Shown: one piece after another, positions 17,588-26,392 of the stretch | How the letters are laid out: the number at the start of each line of letters is the position of its first letter | Position numbering within the stretch: the first letter of the stretch is position 1 | DNA from: a virus | Lineage: Duplodnaviria; Heunggongvirae; Uroviricota; Caudoviricetes | Direction: 5' to 3' (one strand) | IMG/VR virus record: IMGVR_UViG_3300032280_000361 | Length of the DNA stretch: 64,000 nucleotides | Position numbers and translations under genes: made by a program | The notes under the pieces: generated by a model | What the model saw: only the letters and a program-made list of their open reading frames with translations | What the model was told of the DNA's origin: nothing | Databases searched by the model: none

Positions 17588-19729
17588 CTATCCTTTATAA
17601 AATGGTCTAAAACGTCCGGACACTTCTGTAATCCATTGTTTAGTATCTACTTTATGTGTAATCTCTTCTACCTGAAATGCACCTCTTTTATTATACTGAG
17701 GAGGTAATCCAATAACTCTATATAAATGTCCAACCTTAAATCCACTCATCCCTAATACAGTAAAACTAAATTCAACATCTAATGGTCTTCCAGTGTAAGC
17801 CTCACCCGTTCCTTTCACTCCATTCATATTTGTTCCAGTTTTTCTTACATCGGTAAATACCTTTTTATTAAGATACATTCCAGCTCTTCCCCATGCATCA
17901 ACATTATTTTCTTCAATTTGGTCTTTATCTATAAATTCAGGATTCATTATGATTTTTACATTTCTCCTCAAATCTTTCCATGCATTATCCTTTGTATCAT
18001 CAGCCTCTATTGTTTGGTCAGGTTTAGCTGTTTGAGTTTCTACATTTAATTTTTTAAGTATGTTATCTTTTTGATTAGAAAATAGACCAGTTAATTCATT
18101 AGGGTTAGATACCTTCCCATCGGTAGCTTTCTCCATATAAACCTTTGAAGACATTTCCTTAGATATAGTTAAATTAAAGTTACAATCTAAAAAGAAACTT
18201 TTTGTACCTATCATATTAAATTCAACGATACTACTTCCTCCGCTTGGATTTCTTAAATTTCCATCTGCAATAACTAATGTTCCTCCATTTTCAATTATCT
18301 GAAATCCCCACATACCATCAACTGCTTCACTCATTACACTTAATACCCCATCTAATACATCTTTAATAGGTCGGGTTACATCTCTCCATGCCTGAATTGC
18401 TACTTCCATATCAATGAATACATCTCCTATCCATCCACATGTTCCTGCAGCTATAGTTACACTTTCATTTCCTTTTGTGTATGTTTGACCACCTTCTCTA
18501 GGAAAACTTATTCCTCCTACCGATGTATCAATCGTAGCTGCTCCTTTTCCAGCTGGTGCAGATGCTACATAATATGGTTCATCATTTAAAAAGTTATAAG
18601 ATTTTTTATTTGGAATAAAAACTCTCTCATCGGTAGAAAATATACCTGAGAAAGAACTTATAAATATTTTTGGTGCATCTCTAGTTCCAATATCCATTGT
18701 AAAATCCGCTGGTGCACCTTCACCTGTTTCGAATTTTACTCTCATTTGATTTAATATTTCTATAAACATATAGAAACTCAAATATTTTTTACTCGTTATA
18801 GGGCTCTCCGAATCAGTTGCGGTCATTTGTTTTCCTTGCCATACCATATCACCGGAGAATGTGTTATTAAACATCCCCTTTGTTGTTTCAAATTTCGCCT
18901 CATCTAATGCTGATTCATTAAAATTTACAAAGTCACCTTTTGGATTAGCTTTAGCTACCGCAGCTAATACAGATGTAGTTCTAAATTCAGCAGGAAGTTG
19001 ATTAAAAAAATAAGAAACGTTTACTGCTGGGTCTTTTGCTTCTTCTTGTTGTGTTATAGTTTTACCTGGAACTACAACTGGCGATGGTTTCTCTGCTACA
19101 GTATCAACCTGCACTCCTTCCTGAGAATGATTCATAAGTATTTCTCCCATAGTTGTAATCTTACAACTAATGTTAAATTCCTCACCACTTATACCAGATT
19201 CTCCACCGGTTATAATGCCTACTAAATTATCATAACATCCTCCATTTGAACTTCGTATATCAAACAATGCATCTGGGTTTCTATTATATTTGTTTACATT
19301 ACCGGCATTAGCAGCAACCGGCCCTACACTTTTTCCTTTTGAAATAGAATAATTCCATCCCCATTGTACCATAATACTGATACCAGGTTCCATAAAATAT
19401 TTTTGCATTTCAGTAAGTTGCTCAGGAGTGAAACATTTAATTTTTAATGTTGCCATTCTTAATGTTCCCCTATTTGCAAAGTCAATTGAAAAATCTGTAA
19501 TGATTGGGTTTGGTCGGTACTTCATTTCCGATGTAGTATCATATGAAGGATTACCTCCTCCGAATATACTATCATACTTACCACTTGATAATGTAAATTG
19601 ACTTCCTAAATTAGAAGTTGCTGAAATCCAAGGTACTAGACGTGAAACTTTTATCGGGTCTATTCTAGCCTCCAATTCCTTTACAATATAATCATCTATT
19701 GATTTGTACCACGGAAACCCTACTGCCAT
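17588..19729 (-). CDS. Probable baseplate hub protein (gp27/VgrG N-like)
   Basis: Follows the LysM gene; C-terminal FTVLGMSGFKVG..FQVEEITHKV...WITEV pattern of hub proteins. Confidence 0.6.
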   Translation of the reverse strand: MAVGFPWYKSIDDYIVKELEARIDPIKVSRLVPWISATSNLGSQFTLSSGKYDSIFGGGNPSYDTTSEMKYRPNPIITDFSIDFANRGTLRMATLKIKCFTPEQLTEMQKYFMEPGISIMVQWGWNYSISKGKSVGPVAANAGNVNKYNRNPDALFDIRSSNGGCYDNLVGIITGGESGISGEEFNISCKITTMGEILMNHSQEGVQVDTVAEKPSPVVVPGKTITQQEEAKDPAVNVSYFFNQLPAEFRTTSVLAAVAKANPKGDFVNFNESALDEAKFETTKGMFNNTFSGDMVWQGKQMTATDSESPITSKKYLSFYMFIEILNQMRVKFETGEGAPADFTMDIGTRDAPKIFISSFSGIFSTDERVFIPNKKSYNFLNDEPYYVASAPAGKGAATIDTSVGGISFPREGGQTYTKGNESVTIAAGTCGWIGDVFIDMEVAIQAWRDVTRPIKDVLDGVLSVMSEAVDGMWGFQIIENGGTLVIADGNLRNPSGGSSIVEFNMIGTKSFFLDCNFNLTISKEMSSKVYMEKATDGKVSNPNELTGLFSNQKDNILKKLNVETQTAKPDQTIEADDTKDNAWKDLRRNVKIIMNPEFIDKDQIEENNVDAWGRAGMYLNKKVFTDVRKTGTNMNGVKGTGEAYTGRPLDVEFSFTVLGMSGFKVGHLYRVIGLPPQYNKRGAFQVEEITHKVDTKQWITEVSGRFRPFYKG

Positions 19730-19733
19730 AATT

Positions 19734-20012
19734 TTATAAATTATTTATTATCAAAAACTTATCCTTTGGAATTCTTAGTTGAATACCAGCTTCAACTCCT
19801 ATATTTACACCATTCAAATTATTTGCTTGTGCAATAATCCACCATAATCTACTATCGTTATAAAATTGATTAGCCAACAAATCCAATCTATCTGAATCTT
19901 GTGTGATAATATAGATATCATCATCTCTTTTTTCAATGGTAGTTGGAATATTAGTCTTCAATACTTTCTTACCATTTGCCAATTTTCGTATTCCTATTTT
20001 TTCGTATCTCAT
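19734..20012 (-). CDS. LysM-domain baseplate protein
   Basis: DRLDLLANQFYNDSRLWWIIAQANNL..GIQLRIP; start placed at ATG 20012 to avoid overlapping the upstream gene. Confidence 0.85.
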   Translation of the reverse strand: MRYEKIGIRKLANGKKVLKTNIPTTIEKRDDDIYIITQDSDRLDLLANQFYNDSRLWWIIAQANNLNGVNIGVEAGIQLRIPKDKFLIINNL

Positions 20013-20013
20013 A

Positions 20014-21978
20014 TTAAATAGTATTTTTATTAGCACTCTTACTAATAGGTTTACCATATCCATAAAGATTATTCTGAGTTGTATTTCTAGACTCAATAAA
20101 TGTTAATCCTATTGATGCGTTAACTATCTTAGGTAATTTATAATGGTCCATATTTAAATCACCCGAATTATAATTAATTTCTTTTTCCTTTGCTTTTATG
20201 TTAGAACTATTTGTTCCTTTATTATATACCTCATTATTCTCTACTTCAAACTTACCGATTTTTTGAGTTTTTTTAATACCACTTATAGATAATAGTTTAG
20301 AGTTATTATCTGCTCCAACATTAAATCTACTATTGAAATCAACAAACCTACCATCTTTTGTTTTTATTTTATCTCCTCCTAATTCCCATAGATTTTCCGA
20401 TTCATCTATTGAATATGATAAACTATCTATAAAACAAACTTTATCAACATATAGATTACCAAATGTAAAATATATTAAAGTAGGTTGAAATATACCACTT
20501 GCAGTATAAGAATCTGGATATGTACAATGTGAAATAAATTCTAATCTTCTCCACATTAATACTAACTCAGGTTGAGACATTGCATAACTCTTAAAATTAA
20601 AAGTTAATTTTCTCTCTACACTTGTAAAGTTATAAAAATTAAAAGGATGTCCTAACATTCTACTCGAATCCCATCCAGGTGAAAATGTTTCATTAAATCC
20701 TGTCACTACTGAACGTACATACACTGCACTTCCATCATTTACTTTTTGAAAACGTAGTGGTATCAAATCTACTTCAGAAATATCTGTACCATTTACTTTA
20801 ACAGTTTGTAATTCGGATTCTGTAAATTTACCGGTTTGATTTAATATATCTCTATCCGTATATAATCCTCTTCGTTTTCCTAATTCATTATTCAAAACTG
20901 CATCTTTGTTATAGATAGATTTTTTAGATGTGTCCTTTGAATATCGTGTTATTTGTTTTTCTTTTAATGTAGACGGTTTTAAAAATTCTAATAGTGTATT
21001 GTTTTTTAATTTACCTTCAAATAATGATTGGTTAGAACCCGTTGGTAAATAAGGATTTACAAATGTATTAAATTCTCCTAACTTCTGTTTAGTAGGTTCT
21101 CCGAATTTTTTATGAGTAGTATCTTCGGATAAAACTAATCCATATGTACTTTTATTTGACCATCTAACTTTTCCAAAAACTCCAGTTGTACCTTTTAATC
21201 CTTTTACATTCGATGTTGAAGTAATATCAATTTGGTTATATGAATTTGCTTCTGTAAGTTTAGCCATTGAAGTTTCATATGTATTTCCATCAAAATATTT
21301 TTGATTAAAAAATCCACCATAATTATCTAAACTACCCGATGTTATAGGTACAACTCTATTATTATTTCCTAATGTACTTCTAATCGCTCCTTTTGCCAAA
21401 CCTATACCACCTCCGATTACCTGCTTTGATGCCTGTTGGGGAGTTCCTCTAGCAGTATCATTTAGATATCTACCAATTAACGAACCTGCCGCATCTTTTT
21501 TTATCTTAGCAATTGTTTCGTTTGTTAAAGGCTCTTTTCCTTTTTGAAATGCTTCTTCTGCTCTCAATGATGATGGATATATCGTAGTAGGTATTCCTAA
21601 GAATTTATTTACCTTTCCAGCAAATCCATTTGAATTTTTTAATATTGATACTACTGCTGCGCTATCTTCATTTGTTTTAGCCGCAATCATACCTTGTATA
21701 AAAGAAGTTGTTTTTTGTTGTAATCTTACCGTATCAGTACCATATAAAGTAGGTTCATTTATAAATCTCCTAACTCTTAATCCAGTTGTTTCTTGTTCAA
21801 ACGCAGTTTCCTTTAATGGGTCATCAGTTCCTAACGCATTTCCCAAAAAATTACCTACTTTATTTTTTCTATCAATAAGAAATTGACCTCCCTGAGAAGT
21901 ACCACTTGTAGGAGGTGCCTGTGGTATTTGTTTTGATATTTTATTGCTTTCAAAAAGCTCTAATATTGATTTTCCCAT
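20014..21978 (-). CDS. Probable tail tube initiator / baseplate junction protein
   Basis: Between tape measure and LysM genes; C-terminal FNETFSPGW..ERKLTFNF..PTLIYFTFG..IDSLSYS tube-like fold pattern. Confidence 0.6.
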   Translation of the reverse strand: MGKSILELFESNKISKQIPQAPPTSGTSQGGQFLIDRKNKVGNFLGNALGTDDPLKETAFEQETTGLRVRRFINEPTLYGTDTVRLQQKTTSFIQGMIAAKTNEDSAAVVSILKNSNGFAGKVNKFLGIPTTIYPSSLRAEEAFQKGKEPLTNETIAKIKKDAAGSLIGRYLNDTARGTPQQASKQVIGGGIGLAKGAIRSTLGNNNRVVPITSGSLDNYGGFFNQKYFDGNTYETSMAKLTEANSYNQIDITSTSNVKGLKGTTGVFGKVRWSNKSTYGLVLSEDTTHKKFGEPTKQKLGEFNTFVNPYLPTGSNQSLFEGKLKNNTLLEFLKPSTLKEKQITRYSKDTSKKSIYNKDAVLNNELGKRRGLYTDRDILNQTGKFTESELQTVKVNGTDISEVDLIPLRFQKVNDGSAVYVRSVVTGFNETFSPGWDSSRMLGHPFNFYNFTSVERKLTFNFKSYAMSQPELVLMWRRLEFISHCTYPDSYTASGIFQPTLIYFTFGNLYVDKVCFIDSLSYSIDESENLWELGGDKIKTKDGRFVDFNSRFNVGADNNSKLLSISGIKKTQKIGKFEVENNEVYNKGTNSSNIKAKEKEINYNSGDLNMDHYKLPKIVNASIGLTFIESRNTTQNNLYGYGKPISKSANKNTI

Positions 21979-21980
21979 TA

Positions 21981-24455
21981 TTAACTTATTGGATTTCTAA
22001 CTGCGTTTGCTGCAATTTTTGCGTTCATTCTTTGACCATCTATATTAACTGCAATTTTACCGGCAGCCAAATCAGCTCTCATCCCTTGCATTTCAGCAAT
22101 CAATGAACTAACTAATGCCGCAGTTCCTCCTCCTTCTCCTCCACCGATTTGTCCAGCTAATGCCGAAGGGTTTTTAGATGCAATTAAGAAGTCTGCGGGG
22201 TCTGTTGATATAACCTGTCCATTTTGCATAACACCATCGTTAACGCTTTGTGTTTCTCCGCCACCTCCCGCTTCTTCTCCACCCATACCGAAGAAACCTT
22301 TAACCATTTCCCATCCTGATTGTATGGTACTTATAAAACTCATAATTGGTTCTACTAAATAAGTTTGTAAAAAACCACTTATCATATCTATACCGCCAAA
22401 TACGAAATCAAATAATATTGAAAATGCTCCAACTAAAACATCGATAGCTCCACCGATTACAGTACCTAATAATTCTCCTATAAATGAAAACACAGGAAGA
22501 ATAGGAGCAATACCTTCCATTATCTTATCTTTCAATTCTGTAAATTTAGCCATTAATGGTTCTAATTTTTCGCTTATAGTAGCTAACGGTTTCGATATGT
22601 TTTCCATAATAGCACTTGCAATTGCAAATATTGGTTTTACTATTGCCATAAGCAAATCCCACATAACTCTTAAAGGCATCAATGCTATGTTTAAAACTGA
22701 ACCTATTGTACTAAATACCGGCATTAACGTACTTTGTAACAAATCTATAATATCTGTTATTATCGGCATTAATACTTTTCCTAACGGCATTAACGCATCC
22801 ATAAACCCAGTACTTAATGCACTAGCTCCGTTCGATAATTTATCCATTTGGGATTGCATATCTTTTTGAGATGCCATTTTTTTATTTTGTAAATCCAAAT
22901 CAGCAGCACTTATTTGAGTTATATCTTTTCCAGCATCCATTAATGCATGTGCCGCTGCTAAACGACCTTCATCTAAGTTTCCGAATTGTTTTTGAATTCG
23001 TTGCATATTAACCAATTCCTCAACTGATTTACCGGTTGCCTTAGCTAATGCTTCTTTTGAGTACATATCCATTTTATTGATATCACCCACTTTCATCATT
23101 TCTTCCATTATGGCCTTTTCTTGCTCATATTGGTTTCCAGCAAATGCCGCAGCTCTCGCTTTTTCTAAGTTTATATCAGCACCTAGCATTGCACTTGCTT
23201 CTAATTCATTTGCAATACTACTTTCAAAATCTAATAACGATTCAGATGATTTTGCAGCACTCTCCAATGAAGAACCCATCGCAGCTAAACTAACTGCTGA
23301 TTTAGCTAATTCTTTTGGTGAACCTCTAAAATACTTAAGAGTATTTGCACTATTATCAGCAATATCCTTCATCACTTGTTGTGGAGCAACTCCTGCTAAC
23401 TTACTCATTTCAACAACTGACATACTCATTGATGCCGCCTGAGCTTCAGTTAATCCACCCAAGTTCTGCATCACTTTATTTACTTTGGAAGCTTCATCAA
23501 ATCCAACTCCAAAGTTTTTATTCATTATAATTAAAGATTCTACAGTTGATTTTGCAGGTTGTTGAATACCATCGAAAGCAGTTACAAAACTTGAAGCTGC
23601 TTTTCCTACATCTTCGGCCGTTGCCCCTAAATTTGCATATTCTACTGATACACTTGAAATTGTACTCTGTAATCCTTTTGTTTGTGAATTAAGTAATCCG
23701 GTTGTATCTCTAAATTGTTGAGCAGCCTTATCTATTTCCGAAAATCTTTTTACCCCTAATGCTAATGCACCAACAACCAATCCTATTATTACCAATGGTG
23801 ATGCAAACGCAGCCATTAATGATTGTCCCAATGCGGGTGCCGCGGCTCTTAACGAACCCATCATACCTAAATTATTATTCAATCCAGCTCTGAAATTTGT
23901 TACAAATCCTTGCGCTGCATTTCCTAATTTATTTTTAATCGCATCACCACCCATTGAAGCTACTTTGGATAACATTCCCCCAACTACTGGTATTTGATTT
24001 AATCCATTTGTTATTGTATCAAAAGAATCTGCAAATGATTGAGTTAAACTATCTGCAACATCTCTTACCTTTTCAGTAGCTGCTAATCTCTGCTGTTCAA
24101 TATTAAGTGTTTCCTCAGCTATTTCTAAAGCTCTTAGCATTTCTCTACCTATTACAGCATTTATACCAACATATGAACCAGCTACTCTTATTTTTTCACT
24201 TTCGATTTCTACCAATTTTTTTGCAACATCTTCGGATGATTCTAATTGAGTCATCGATGATTTTAAATCGTTATGATAGTCTTTTACTCTTCTACCTAAT
24301 GTTGTTCTATAATCAATTTCATTATCAATAGATTGTGCCGCTGCAGATGTCATAGACGCGGATATCTTAAGAGCTTCATTATATTCATTTTGAAGTCTTA
24401 TGTTTTCTTTTTGTCGTTCTGCTAATTGTTTCGCCTGGTCGTCTAATGATGCCAT
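21981..24455 (-). CDS. Tape measure protein
   Basis: 824 aa, helical Ala/Leu-rich with hydrophobic amphipathic repeats; canonical position after tube and chaperone. Confidence 0.85.
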   Translation of the reverse strand: MASLDDQAKQLAERQKENIRLQNEYNEALKISASMTSAAAQSIDNEIDYRTTLGRRVKDYHNDLKSSMTQLESSEDVAKKLVEIESEKIRVAGSYVGINAVIGREMLRALEIAEETLNIEQQRLAATEKVRDVADSLTQSFADSFDTITNGLNQIPVVGGMLSKVASMGGDAIKNKLGNAAQGFVTNFRAGLNNNLGMMGSLRAAAPALGQSLMAAFASPLVIIGLVVGALALGVKRFSEIDKAAQQFRDTTGLLNSQTKGLQSTISSVSVEYANLGATAEDVGKAASSFVTAFDGIQQPAKSTVESLIIMNKNFGVGFDEASKVNKVMQNLGGLTEAQAASMSMSVVEMSKLAGVAPQQVMKDIADNSANTLKYFRGSPKELAKSAVSLAAMGSSLESAAKSSESLLDFESSIANELEASAMLGADINLEKARAAAFAGNQYEQEKAIMEEMMKVGDINKMDMYSKEALAKATGKSVEELVNMQRIQKQFGNLDEGRLAAAHALMDAGKDITQISAADLDLQNKKMASQKDMQSQMDKLSNGASALSTGFMDALMPLGKVLMPIITDIIDLLQSTLMPVFSTIGSVLNIALMPLRVMWDLLMAIVKPIFAIASAIMENISKPLATISEKLEPLMAKFTELKDKIMEGIAPILPVFSFIGELLGTVIGGAIDVLVGAFSILFDFVFGGIDMISGFLQTYLVEPIMSFISTIQSGWEMVKGFFGMGGEEAGGGGETQSVNDGVMQNGQVISTDPADFLIASKNPSALAGQIGGGEGGGTAALVSSLIAEMQGMRADLAAGKIAVNIDGQRMNAKIAANAVRNPIS

Positions 24456-24473
24456 TGAGTCTATTATTATTTA

Positions 24474-24719
24474 TTATTTTATATTCAAAATAGCTTTATA
24501 ATGTGGTGGTATTGGTTTACCATCTTTTTGCAATTTTTCTACTTTATCTCTAATTTTTTGAATATCATTATCTAATTTTGTAGCCATAGCAATAAAATCC
24601 TTATCGTTAGATAATTTATTTACCATTACTTTTCCAAAGATATAATCAATAATACCTTCTCTTAGAGAATGTTTTTTACTTAAAGCTTCCTTAATACGAT
24701 TTATGTGAGTTATATTCAT
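24474..24719 (-). CDS. Hypothetical protein
   Basis: 81-aa ORF with its own late motif, immediately before the tape measure gene. Confidence 0.7.
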   Translation of the reverse strand: MNITHINRIKEALSKKHSLREGIIDYIFGKVMVNKLSNDKDFIAMATKLDNDIQKIRDKVEKLQKDGKPIPPHYKAILNIK

Positions 24720-24738
24720 TTGTGTATAAATTTACTAA

Positions 24739-24747
24739 TATAAATAT
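24739..24747 (-). promoter_or_regulatory. Candidate late promoter motif ATATTTATA
   Basis: Directly after a terminator, about 20 nt upstream of 24719. Confidence 0.65.
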
Positions 24748-24753
24748 CATTAT

Positions 24754-24784
24754 AAAAAAAATGAGAGTTAACGATTAACTCTCA
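24754..24784 (-). terminator. Intrinsic terminator
   Basis: TGAGAGTTAA-TCG-TTAACTCTCA 10-bp stem followed by T8; overlaps the stop at 24768-24770. Confidence 0.85.
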
Positions 24785-25007
24785 CTTTAGATAAATTAGG
24801 GCCCCTTGCAGGGCCGTTACTTTTTGATGCTTTTTCTGTTTGTTCTTTTTCCGTTTTTTTCGATTGTATTAATTTGTTATAATAAAAATTTCTTATATGA
24901 ACCGGCATTTGATATACATCCGAATATATAAAACCATTTCCATAATAACACAAATCGAATATTTGACTGTGTAAAATTACTGAATAATTACTCGGCAGGC
25001 CAAAAAA
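24768..25007 (-). CDS. Frameshift-accessed C-terminal extension of the tail assembly chaperone (GT-like)
   Basis: +1 frame opens right after TAG 25011-25013 and reads FFGLPSNYSVILHSQIFDLCYYGNGF..VYQMPVHIRNFY; no good start codon of its own. Confidence 0.7.
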   Translation of the reverse strand, partial: FFGLPSNYSVILHSQIFDLCYYGNGFIYSDVYQMPVHIRNFYYNKLIQSKKTEKEQTEKASKSNGPARGPNLSKVRVNR

Positions 25008-25749
25008 AGCCTACGCCCATCGGAATCGAGCGTACCTCCTTTTCTCCTGTTTCAGGACTTTCATATTCAAATTCCATTTTTACATCCGGAGAAATACTCT
25101 TAATGTATTCCCTAAATGCTCTAGTATCTTTAGCTAAAAATCTATTATTGATAAAATCTATAATTGATTTACTATCAGTTTTACCATCCACTTCCTGAAT
25201 CATATAACGATATCTAGTAGTTAATTCTGAACTTATACCTCCTTTATTGAATTTAGCTAATGCTTTAATATCCTCTTCAATCTTTTGCTCATCACCATGT
25301 GATAACAATTTAAATACTAAATTATTTCCAGATGGAGTAGTATATGGATATCGGTTATCTCTTCTCAATTTAGTTAAATCAATATCCTTTGTTTGAACTT
25401 TTGATAAATCTACATCTATTTTTTCCTTTTCTCCATTATCAGTAGTAAGTTCAATTGAATATAAAGGTCCATATCCTAAAATACGAGTAGCTAACATAAT
25501 AGCATTCTTATCACCTATTAGAATTTCATTTATATCAATATCCTTATCTACTATGATTGATTCAAATAATTTGTTTAATACGATACCTTTTTTAATTAAG
25601 TTCTGTGAAGTGAGAATTTCTTCCTCCCTAGCTGTCATATACTTAATCTCTATTGTACCCTTTGATAATGGGGATGTTTCTGGATACCCCTTTCCTTCAG
25701 ATGGAAGTGTTATAACCTCCGTTGCGAAATCGTACTTTTGTTCTGCCAT
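24988..25749 (-). CDS. Tail assembly chaperone / T4 gp26-like baseplate hub assembly protein
   Basis: ITLPSEG..YP..IKYMTAREEEIL, ends GFFWPAE; between tube and tape measure; start MAEQ at 25749. Confidence 0.8.
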   Translation of the reverse strand: MAEQKYDFATEVITLPSEGKGYPETSPLSKGTIEIKYMTAREEEILTSQNLIKKGIVLNKLFESIIVDKDIDINEILIGDKNAIMLATRILGYGPLYSIELTTDNGEKEKIDVDLSKVQTKDIDLTKLRRDNRYPYTTPSGNNLVFKLLSHGDEQKIEEDIKALAKFNKGGISSELTTRYRYMIQEVDGKTDSKSIIDFINNRFLAKDTRAFREYIKSISPDVKMEFEYESPETGEKEVRSIPMGVGFFWPAE

Positions 25750-25770
25750 AATAATAACTTGTTGTTTGTA

Positions 25771-25779
25771 TATAAATAT
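25771..25779 (-). promoter_or_regulatory. Candidate late promoter motif ATATTTATA
   Basis: After the tube terminator, about 21 nt upstream of the chaperone ATG. Confidence 0.65.
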
Positions 25780-25803
25780 ATATATCTTAATTTTCCAAAA
25801 AAC

Positions 25804-25832
25804 AAAAAACCCCCACCATTTCTGATGAGGGC
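25804..25832 (-). terminator. Intrinsic terminator after the tail tube gene
   Basis: GCCCTCATCA-GAAA-TGGTGGGGGT then a T tract. Confidence 0.8.
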
Positions 25833-25864
25833 TGTCCTTCGGTAGCATCCGTAAGGAATATTTT

Positions 25865-26356
25865 TTAGAATTCTAAGATTGCGTAATCATAAGTAAGTTC
25901 TAATACAATTGTAGTAGGGTCAGTAGCATTCGACCAATCCAAATCACCAAAGTTAGCTGAAGTGATAAATGCTCCTTTTAATTTCCACTGCTCAATCTTA
26001 TCACCTACTGGACCTAACATATAGAAATCCACATCCTTCTTATAGAACTCTGCGTATCCATCTCTACCTGTTAATGATTCGTGTGATGTTCTTACCCACT
26101 CCATTACTGCCTGTGCTCCAGAAGGAACAATTGGGTCGTAAAGTGTAATCTCTAACGTAGACCAATCACCTTTTCCTTTTAACTTTCTTTTGATGTTAAT
26201 ATGGTCTAATACCACAGGTTCAAAAGTGATTGTAGGTCTGTTACCAGCTTTCACTAAATATGAAGGGATACCGTCTATTTCGAAGATGAATCTATTTTTC
26301 ATCTTAGGTTCGAAATTGGTATAAAACATTTCGTTAAATTCTAATACTTCTGCCAT
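25865..26356 (-). CDS. Tail tube protein (gp19-like)
   Basis: FEPKMKNRF, LYDPIVPSGAQAVMEW, EQWKLKGAF, LTYDYA; follows the sheath gene. Confidence 0.9.
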   Translation of the reverse strand: MAEVLEFNEMFYTNFEPKMKNRFIFEIDGIPSYLVKAGNRPTITFEPVVLDHINIKRKLKGKGDWSTLEITLYDPIVPSGAQAVMEWVRTSHESLTGRDGYAEFYKKDVDFYMLGPVGDKIEQWKLKGAFITSANFGDLDWSNATDPTTIVLELTYDYAILEF

Positions 26357-26371
26357 TTTTTATTTCTTTTA

Positions 26372-26380
26372 TATAAATAT
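26372..26380 (-). promoter_or_regulatory. Candidate late promoter motif ATATTTATA
   Basis: About 15 nt upstream of the tube start. Confidence 0.65.
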
Positions 26381-26392
26381 CAATTATCGAAA

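Noticed and set aside
25750-25848. Track start positions 25848, 53864, 20096 and 16333
   Set aside because: These extensions run through terminators, promoter boxes or the upstream gene; ATGs at 25749, 53822, 20012 and 16324 fit better
25843-25853. CsrA-like ACGGATG site
   Set aside because: Single site in a 3' UTR, GG is paired in the stem, and nothing else supports Csr control
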